From assembly GCF_009914755.1 (NCBI RefSeq), contig NC_060928.1: a stretch of 64,000 nucleotides of DNA; one strand, 5' to 3'. Below are positions 51,703 to 64,000 of this stretch, piece by piece; position 1 is the first letter of the stretch, and each line of letters opens with the position of its first letter. This DNA is from the human T2T-CHM13v2.0 reference genome, Homo sapiens. The notes below the pieces were generated by a model. That model was not told where the DNA came from and did not search any database. It was given only the letters and a program-made list of their open reading frames with translations. Made by a program: the position numbers and the translations under genes.

Positions 51703-52105
51703 TCCACAGCCTGGGCATGGAAATTGGCACCTTGGGAAAGTGACCAAGCGCCTGGCCTCTGGAGCCAGGCTCCCAGGATGTGAATTTCCACCTCTTCCAT
51801 CTCCCACCTGTGGGACTTGAGGAGCCTCCATTTTCTCATGTCAAGAAATAATGGTTGCCACTCTGTAGAGTGTTTTTTGAGAATTGAGATAATGCACAGT
51901 TGAGTGCTCCTGGCCCTCCCAGACACATAGTAGGTCCTCATGGAATCCAGGTACCCTCTGGGCTGAGCCATAAGGACAAAGAAGGCCTGGAAGGCCCGAG
52001 ACTGTGCTGCCTGTGATGCCTGCTAGCTTACCTCCCCCTCCTCCTCCCTACTGCCACCCGCATTGGGCAACAGGCCCCTCACCTGTCCAACCTCTTGTGT
52101 TGCAG

Positions 52106-52720
52106 ATCGCCCTGTGCCACTTTTTCTTCAACATCTCCGGCATCTTGCTGTGGTACCCGATCCCGTTCACTCGCCTGCCCATCCGCATGGCCAAGGGGCT
52201 GGGCAACATCTCTGCCAAGTATCGCTGGTTCGCCGTCTTCTACCTGATCATCTTCTTCTTCCTGATCCCGCTGACGGTGTTTGGCCTCTCGCTGGCCGGC
52301 TGGCGGGTGCTGGTTGGTGTCGGGGTTCCCGTCGTCTTCATCATCATCCTGGTACTGTGCCTCCGACTCCTGCAGTCTCGCTGCCCACGCGTCCTGCCGA
52401 AGAAACTCCAGAACTGGAACTTCCTGCCGCTGTGGATGCGCTCGCTGAAGCCCTGGGATGCCGTCGTCTCCAAGTTCACCGGCTGCTTCCAGATGCGCTG
52501 CTGCTGCTGCTGCCGCGTGTGCTGCCGCGCGTGCTGCTTGCTGTGTGGCTGCCCCAAGTGCTGCCGCTGCAGCAAGTGCTGCGAGGACTTGGAGGAGGCG
52601 CAGGAGGGGCAGGATGTCCCTGTCAAGGCTCCTGAGACCTTTGATAACATAACCATTAGCAGAGAGGCTCAGGGTGAGGTCCCTGCCTCGGACTCAAAGA
52701 CCGAATGCACGGCCTTGTAG
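52106..52720 (+). CDS. SLC34A2: NaPi-IIb exon 13 coding part ([12 protein letters not shown]...Cys-rich tail...ECTAL*)
   Basis: TGCAG| acceptor; 615 nt; summed CDS = 2073 nt = 690 aa + stop. Confidence 0.98.
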   Translation: MALCHFFFNISGILLWYPIPFTRLPIRMAKGLGNISAKYRWFAVFYLIIFFFLIPLTVFGLSLAGWRVLVGVGVPVVFIIILVLCLRLLQSRCPRVLPKKLQNWNFLPLWMRSLKPWDAVVSKFTGCFQMRCCCCCRVCCRACCLLCGCPKCCRCSKCCEDLEEAQEGQDVPVKAPETFDNITISREAQGEVPASDSKTECTAL

Positions 52721-54719
52721 GGGACGCCCCAGATTGTCAGGGATGGGGGGATGGTCCTTGAGTTTTGCATGCTCTCCTCCCTCCCACTTCTGCACCCTTT
52801 CACCACCTCGAGGAGATTTGCTCCCCATTAGCGAATGAAATTGATGCAGTCCTACCTAACTCGATTCCCTTTGGCTTGGTGGGTAGGCCTGCAGGGCACT
52901 TTTATTCCAACCCCTGGTCACTCAGTAATCTTTTACTCCAGGAAGGCACAGGATGGTACCTAAAGAGAATTAGAGAATGAACCTGGCGGGACGGATGTCT
53001 AATCCTGCACCTAGCTGGGTTGGTCAGTAGAACCTATTTTCAGACTCAAAAACCATCTTCAGAAAGAAAAGGCCCAGGGAAGGAATGTATGAGAGGCTCT
53101 CCCAGATGAGGAAGTGTACTCTCTATGACTATCAAGCTCAGGCCTCTCCCTTTTTTTAAACCAAAGTCTGGCAACCAAGAGCAGCAGCTCCATGGCCTCC
53201 TTGCCCCAGATCAGCCTGGGTCAGGGGACATAGTGTCATTGTTTGGAAACTGCAGACCACAAGGTGTGGGTCTATCCCACTTCCTAGTGCTCCCCACATT
53301 CCCCATCAGGGCTTCCTCACGTGGACAGGTGTGCTAGTCCAGGCAGTTCACTTGCAGTTTCCTTGTCCTCATGCTTCGGGGATGGGAGCCACGCCTGAAC
53401 TAGAGTTCAGGCTGGATACATGTGCTCACCTGCTGCTCTTGTCTTCCTAAGAGACAGAGAGTGGGGCAGATGGAGGAGAAGAAAGTGAGGAATGAGTAGC
53501 ATAGCATTCTGCCAAAAGGGCCCCAGATTCTTAATTTAGCAAACTAAGAAGCCCAATTAAAAAGCATTGTGGCTAAAGTCTAACGCTCCTCTCTTGGTCA
53601 GATAACAAAAGCCCTCCCTGTTGGATCTTTTGAAATAAAACGTGCAAGTTATCCAGGCTCGTAGCCTGCATGCTGCCACCTTGAATCCCAGGGAGTATCT
53701 GCACCTGGAATAGCTCTCCACCCCTCTCTGCCTCCTTACTTTCTGTGCAAGATGACTTCCTGGGTTAACTTCCTTCTTTCCATCCACCCACCCACTGGAA
53801 TCTCTTTCCAAACATTTTTCCATTTTCCCACAGATGGGCTTTGATTAGCTGTCCTCTCTCCATGCCTGCAAAGCTCCAGATTTTTGGGGAAAGCTGTACC
53901 CAACTGGACTGCCCAGTGAACTGGGATCATTGAGTACAGTCGAGCACACGTGTGTGCATGGGTCAAAGGGGTGTGTTCCTTCTCATCCTAGATGCCTTCT
54001 CTGTGCCTTCCACAGCCTCCTGCCTGATTACACCACTGCCCCCGCCCCACCCTCAGCCATCCCAATTCTTCCTGGCCAGTGCGCTCCAGCCTTATCTAGG
54101 AAAGGAGGAGTGGGTGTAGCCGTGCAGCAAGATTGGGGCCTCCCCCATCCCAGCTTCTCCACCATCCCAGCAAGTCAGGATATCAGACAGTCCTCCCCTG
54201 ACCCTCCCCCTTGTAGATATCAATTCCCAAACAGAGCCAAATACTCTATATCTATAGTCACAGCCCTGTACAGCATTTTTCATAAGTTATATAGTAAATG
54301 GTCTGCATGATTTGTGCTTCTAGTGCTCTCATTTGGAAATGAGGCAGGCTTCTTCTATGAAATGTAAAGAAAGAAACCACTTTGTATATTTTGTAATACC
54401 ACCTCTGTGGCCATGCCTGCCCCGCCCACTCTGTATATATGTAAGTTAAACCCGGGCAGGGGCTGTGGCCGTCTTTGTACTCTGGTGATTTTTAAAAATT
54501 GAATCTTTGTACTTGCATTGATTGTATAATAATTTTGAGACCAGGTCTCGCTGTGTTGCTCAGGCTGGTCTCAAACTCCTGAGATCAAGCAATCCGCCCA
54601 CCTCAGCCTCCCAAAGTGCTGAGATCACAGGCGTGAGCCACCACCAGGCCTGATTGTAATTTTTTTTTTTTTTTTTTTACTGGTTATGGGAAGGGAGAAA
54701 TAAAATCATCAAACCCAAA
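52721..54719 (+). other. SLC34A2: SLC34A2 3'UTR (about 2 kb) including an antisense FLAM at about 54535-54650
   Basis: Follows stop codon, ends after AATAAA with a downstream GU-rich element. Confidence 0.8.
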
Positions 54720-54736
54720 AGGAGTGTGTTGTTTTT
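54699..54736 (+). terminator. SLC34A2: Polyadenylation signal AATAAA (54699-54704) with GT-rich downstream element
   Basis: AATAAA followed about 17 nt later by GGAGTGTGTTGTTTTT. Confidence 0.8.
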
Positions 54737-54785
54737 AATTACAGGGAAATAGGGACCTCCTTGGATCTATTTTATAAAAATGTGA

Positions 54786-55099
<314 letters not shown>

Positions 55100-55281
55100 A
55101 AAAATGTGAGGTCTCTTCCTTCACTGAATGTCACTACCCACCACTTACCATCTGACCCTCCAGCTGCATAATTTGTGGAGCCTCTTGTTCAAAAACCTGG
55201 AGAAAAGTGTCATTTTATATTGTTCAATGCCAATTTCAAACACAAACATAAGACCTATTAACTTGTCTGTGGAATCATTGA

Positions 55282-55666
<385 letters not shown>

Positions 55667-56055
55667 TAGCCTGACTTCACTTTTTGTGCACATTCTGCCA
55701 ATGCTCTCTGCCTTCCTGATGAGTTTAAGGAAGAACTGAAAGGAAAAAGAGCAATGGGCCACACTTTCCATATCAGCATTTTTCAGCCTAAGTGAGAAAA
55801 GACAGGGTAGGGTTTCTTAGTTGTTCCTTGCTTGTTTTCTTGGAGTGCCATTACCTTCTTGCTGCATTCAAAGAAAGTTCTGGTTTGAATGGAAAGTATG
55901 GCCTTTCAGTGCTGTGCGTTCTGCCAACAACTGCGCTAGTCAAAATAATAACATGTTGGTTGGGTGCGGTGGCTCATGCCTCTAATCCCAGCACTTTGGG
56001 AGGGAGGCTGAGGCGGGTGGATCGGAAGGTCAGGAGATCGAGACCATCCTGGCTA

Positions 56056-56278
<223 letters not shown>

Positions 56279-56833
56279 TTAAGAAACATTTGTAGGACTA
56301 AGCTGGTCACACCTCTTTGTAGGCCAGCTGTGCTGAGGAATGAATCCGTATTGCAGAGCACAGTGAATTTGGGCTTGGAATCACTCAGGTTGCTGGGTTC
56401 CACTCGTAGCTCTGTCATTTACTGTCTCAATAGCAACTTCCTCATCTGGAATATGGGACAGTAACACTTGGCTTCCTGTGATTATGAAAATGAAGCAATA
56501 TATGTAAATATTTAGCCAGGGTGGGTTTACTGTAAGTGCTTGGCATATGGCTCTGCCTCAAAATATAGGGGATGAGCATGCATGGCAGATGTACAAGACA
56601 CACTTCCCACGCTTGTTTGCATTTTTCTTCCTCTGAGTATTTCCAAAGTGACATGCCAAGTCAAGAAGGCTGCTATCAACCCAAGAAACCGAGGCCAGGA
56701 CTGGCCTGGGATTATTAGGATGAGCTGAATAAATGTCATGTGGCCTGGGAGCAGTCCCCGGACTGGGCTCTGCAGCCACGGGACAGGAGTCAAGGACCAC
56801 TCAGCATTTCCAAAACAAATCGTTGCTCTGTAA

Positions 56834-57184
<351 letters not shown>

Positions 57185-57199
57185 TAAAAGGGTTTTTTA

Positions 57200-57678
<479 letters not shown>

Positions 57679-57929
57679 TTACAGTGGCTTTTTCTTAATG
57701 CAGCCATTGATCTGTTTTGGAGGAGATAGAATTTACCTCTCATGCCACACCCTCACTACCAGTGACTCCTTCTCCCAACCGGTAGTTAATATTTACAATA
57801 TTATTATAATTGTGATAAACTGCAGAACTGAATAGTGCACCAACATTTGCTTTCTTTGTTTTCATCAGTGCCGTCACCTACCTATAAATAATCTTTCCCA
57901 ATTGCTTCCAATCATCTGATAACCTTTTG

Positions 57930-58065
57930 GTTCTTCCCTCCCCTCTCTCTTCCCCTTCCCTCATCTCCTCTCCCCTTCCCGCCCCCCTCTCTCTCTTTCT
58001 TTCCCTCACCTTCTGCACTTTCTCCCTCCCTCTCTCACTCCCTTTCTCTTTCTCTCTCTTTCTTT
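57930..58065. repeat. Low-complexity polypyrimidine (CT-rich) tract
   Basis: About 135 nt that are nearly all C/T. Confidence 0.85.
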
Positions 58066-58189
58066 CGTACCCAAGAAAGGATACAGAGAAAATAAAATTT
58101 TTGAGTCTATGCATTGAGTCCATGTGTGTGTGAAAATGTATTTTAACCTCAAGATTGATCAATAGTTTGAAAACCACTGCCTTGGCATA

Positions 58190-58469
58190 AGGAAGGTATT
58201 GCTCCATTGTCTTCTAGAATCTTGTGGATAAGAGACCTGGAGCAGAAACAGGCCCAGCATCCAGCCAGCACTGTCACCAGACTTGCAAATGAAGCCACCA
58301 TAAAGGATACAGCCAGCATCCTGCCTGACTGGTGGGGCCAGCAGAACAACCCCTGCCAAAAACGCCCAGCCCTGATTGCTGACCATGGAGTAAACAAATA
58401 AAATGGTGATTATTTTTAAGACGTTACAATTTTGAGTTGTTTGTTACACAGCGCAAGATAACTGATACA
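58190..58469 (+). mobile_element. MLT1 (F/H-like) LTR 3' part
   Basis: Ends ...AAATAAAATGGTGATTATTTTTAAG...TTTGTTACACAGCGCAAGATAACTGATACA, a typical MLT1 terminus. Confidence 0.7.
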
Positions 58470-58772
58470 GAATTCAACACTCTGAAGTGTAGACTGTGGC
58501 TTCAGTCTGATGTATTTCCTGCAGCTCACTGCCCACCCCTTGTCCTTCTTACTGTGGCTCCTTTGGTTACATCCTTCAGAGAATAAATCTCCTATCTCTT
58601 GCCTGCAGTGGTGACACAGGTTCACCAGGGTGCCTTATTTAATTATTAGCTTCAGGCCAGACACAATGACTCAAGCTTGTAATCCCAGTGCTTTGGGAGG
58701 CTGAGGTGGGAAAACCACTTAAGCCCAGGAGTTCAAGACCAGCCTGGGCAACAAAGTGAGACCCTGTCACTA

Positions 58773-58952
<180 letters not shown>

Positions 58953-59745
58953 TCAGGAGCTACTCAGGAGGCTACTGAGGAGGCTGAGGCATGAGAATTG
59001 CTTGAACCTGGGAGGCAGAGGTTGTAGTGAACTGAGAATCGTGCCACTGGGCGACAGAATGAAACTGTGTCTCAGAATAACAACAATAATAATAATTTTA
59101 AAAAATTAGCCAGGTATGATGGTGTGAGCCTATAGTCTCAGCTACTTGGAAGGCTGAGGCAAGAGGATCACTAAAGCCCAGGAGTTGGAGTTTGCAGTGA
59201 GCTATGATTGCACCACTGCACAGCAGCCTGGGCAACAGAGCAAGACTCTGTCTCTAAAAAAAAATTGTTTTTTTTTTTTTTTGAGACGGAATTTTGCTCT
59301 TGTCTCCCAGGCTGGAATACAAAGGCACGATCTTGGCTCACTACAACCTCTACCTCCCAGTTCAAGTGATTCTCCTGCCTCAGCCTCCTGGGTAGCTGAG
59401 GTTACAGGCACTCAGCTCCACACCGAGCTAATTTTTGTATTTTTAGTAGAGACAGGGTTTCACCATGTTGGCCAGGCTTGTCTTGAACTTCTGACCTAAG
59501 GTGATCCACCCGCCTTAGCCTCCCAAAGTGCTGGGATTACAGGTGTGAGCCACCATGCCTGGTCTAAAAAATATTTTTTTGAGTTAAAAAAAAAATCACT
59601 AGCTTCATGTCATTGGTGTGCTGTATTAGCAGACTAAATCATTTTCCACAGGCCCTGGTTAACCTATGGCCTGTGAGGACAGCATAAATTACGCTGCCAT
59701 GAAGTAAAATTATGCCTTCTCATTTGGCTCAGGTTAATTACCTAG

Positions 59746-60081
<336 letters not shown>

Positions 60082-61578
60082 TAGGCTGGTCTCAAACTCC
60101 TGACCTCAAGTGATTCACCTGCCTCAGCCTCCCAAAGTGCTGGGATTACAGGTGTGAGCCACCACGCCTGGCCACCTTACAGAATTTAGAATCAATTGAA
60201 AAATAAGACACACAGGACAGAATGATGGAGATGAAAATATTCATTTTATTATTTATTAAGGAAGCTAATTGTAAGATGCGGCATTTAGAATTGCCAGGAG
60301 GTGGGGACAGGAGAGCTTACTAACACTTTACCTTTGAATTAAACCAATTTTCTTACCCAGGCTCAGGCAGAGGTGAATCTACAGGCCTTTCCCATGAGAA
60401 TGGAGACTGTCCTGAGGTTTCCCAGCTGACCCATGGGTGGGCAAGCTCCAGAGCTCAGTGTGCTTTGTTTCTCCTCCCAGAATTGACAATCAGATGCCAT
60501 GGAAGCCCAGATGTGACAACTGTGGATGCTCTAGGGGGTTGAAGGTCCTGTTCTAACATTCTAGTAAGGTCAGGCGCAGAGGCTCATGCCTGTAATCCCA
60601 ACATTTTGGGAGGCGAAGGCAGGCGGATCACTTGAGGAGTTCAAGACCAGCCTCGCTAACATGGAGAAACCTCATCTCTACTAAAAATACAAAAATTAGC
60701 CAGGCATGGTGGTGCACGGCTGTAATCTCAGCTACTCAGGAGGCTAAGGCACGAGGATTGTGTGAGCTTGGGAAGCGGAGGTTGCAATGAGTCAAGATCG
60801 CCACTGCACTCCAGCCTGGGCAACAGAACAAGACTCTGTCTCATAAAATAAAAAACAAACAAACAAAGAAACATCATAATAGGAACTGCAGGTGACTTCC
60901 CTAAATAGGCATTTTCTTTCTTTCTTTTTTCTTATATAATCCTCATTATTTTGGAGGCATTTTCTTTTTTTAAAAAATATATATTTTTTCAGAGTCAGTA
61001 TCCCTCTTGTCACCCAGGCTGGAGTGTAGTGGCATGATCATGGCTCACTGCAGCCTCCAACTCCTAGGCCCGAGCAATCCTCCCCCCTCAGCCTCCCAAC
61101 CTGCTGAGATTACAGGTGTGAGCCACTGCACCCAGCCCTACATAGGCATTTTCCATTCATCACCTCACTGACTTATCATAGCCTGAGGAATAGGAGTTAT
61201 TTATCTCCACTTAATAGAGAGAGATGCAGAAGCTTCCAGGGACATAGCTGAGGGTCCCAAGATGAGAGGATTAAGATCCACAGCCCACCCCTCAGACCAG
61301 TGAATTGTGCTGCCTTGGGACTCACTGACCTCACAGTACTCATGGTTATTAAAGCAGGACAGACGCATGGGAGTTGAAGAATCAAGGTGTCTGGAAGGAA
61401 GGACTTAGAGAAAGGCTGCAGAGCCACCCAGGTGTAAGAGTAAAGGGCAGGCCGGGTGCGGTGGCTCATGCGTGTAATCTCAGAACTTCGGGAGGCCGAG
61501 GCACAAGTATCCCTTGAGGTCAGGAGTTCGAGACCAGCCTGGCCAACATGGTGAAACCCTGTCTCTACTAAAAATTCA

Positions 61579-61782
<204 letters not shown>

Positions 61783-62109
61783 TCAGAGACTCAGTCTTAC
61801 TGAAAGTCATAAACACGTGACAAACACCCACCACTCTCTGTGCCAGCCCCCAAGCCCAGCTTCCTCGTCCTCAGGAGTGACCTGGTCCTTGCATCTCACA
61901 ACTGCATGAAGTATTTGTGGGACACGTCGTGTGTCAAGGCAGGAAGATCACTTCCCAAATATCCACCACTGCGGGGAAAGGGAATGGAGTTATCACCACA
62001 GGCCGCCTCGGAACCGCGTGAGAACCTTGAGGTTAGCTGGTGGAGGGGATAAGCTCTCACTCACCCGTCTTCCCTTTGGAGTTTATCATCCCTGGTAGCC
62101 AATGAGGAC

Positions 62110-62738
<629 letters not shown>

Positions 62739-62842
62739 CACCAATGGGGAAATTTGGTCAGAAAATTGTGTCCACTTCTGGCCCTGTTCCTGCCCCTGGC
62801 CCCAACATTCTGTATGAAAACAGTGAGAAAATCTTGTTCCTT

Positions 62843-63149
62843 CTGTTAAAATAATTAAATGAGAGGCCATTAGCCTGAAGTGACTCTAACACCCTGGAAT
62901 CCTACATAAAGAAAGAGAAACTTTACTCAGAATTTAAAGGAAAAGGAAGCTTAAGCTCAGCCCAGCACAGCAGCTACCTGGGCATTGGTTGTCTTCCCAT
63001 TAACCTCCTACTGGAATAGGCCAAGTAAAGCAATGGCTCAAACTTTAACCAATCACAGAGTTTCTTTGCTCTGCTTCTTCATTCACCCTATAAAAGCCTC
63101 ACCTTTATGCCCCTGCCTGATTCATCATTGCCTGCTCAAATACACTCTT

Positions 63150-63150
<1 letters not shown>
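62843..63150 (+). mobile_element. ERV1 solo LTR (MER31/MER67-like)
   Basis: Starts TGTTAAAATAATTAAATGAGAGGCCATTAG; has CCAAT (about 63049) and TATAAAA (about 63089); appears to resume after 63975. Confidence 0.55.
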
Positions 63151-63976
<826 letters not shown>

Positions 63977-64000
63977 AATTTTAACATGCCCAACCTTACT

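Noticed and set aside
52063-52656. 190-aa + and 138-aa - ORFs overlapping exon 13 (poly-Ala and poly-Gln readings)
   Set aside because: Shadow frames of the GC-rich Cys-coding exon; no independent start or exon support

Overview
Primate (human-like) genomic DNA, very Alu-rich, containing the complete SLC34A2 gene (NaPi-IIb, type IIb Na+/phosphate cotransporter) on the + strand. It has a CpG-island/TATA first exon ending at 31860 and 12 coding exons (38471-52720) that splice with canonical GT-AG junctions to an exact 690-aa ORF, with a poly(A) signal at 54699. Downstream lie a full-length, ORF-intact RPS29 retrocopy immediately behind the poly(A) site and a SLIRP retrocopy on the - strand. The main finding is about 7.8 kb upstream of the main promoter: a compact promoter-like cassette (perfect DUX4 motif, K50-homeobox site, KLF/SP boxes, TATA-like box). 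It is followed by a candidate first exon built from an 18-bp minisatellite, in which one variant unit supplies an ATG that splices in-frame onto NaPi-IIb (+22 aa). Other oddities are an intronic first exon with an overlapping uORF, a template-switch hairpin, two short dispersed duplications and a cryptic exon-13 donor. Nearly all ORF-track entries outside SLC34A2 are Alu-derived noise. Repeat family names are from recognition by eye, not from a database search.
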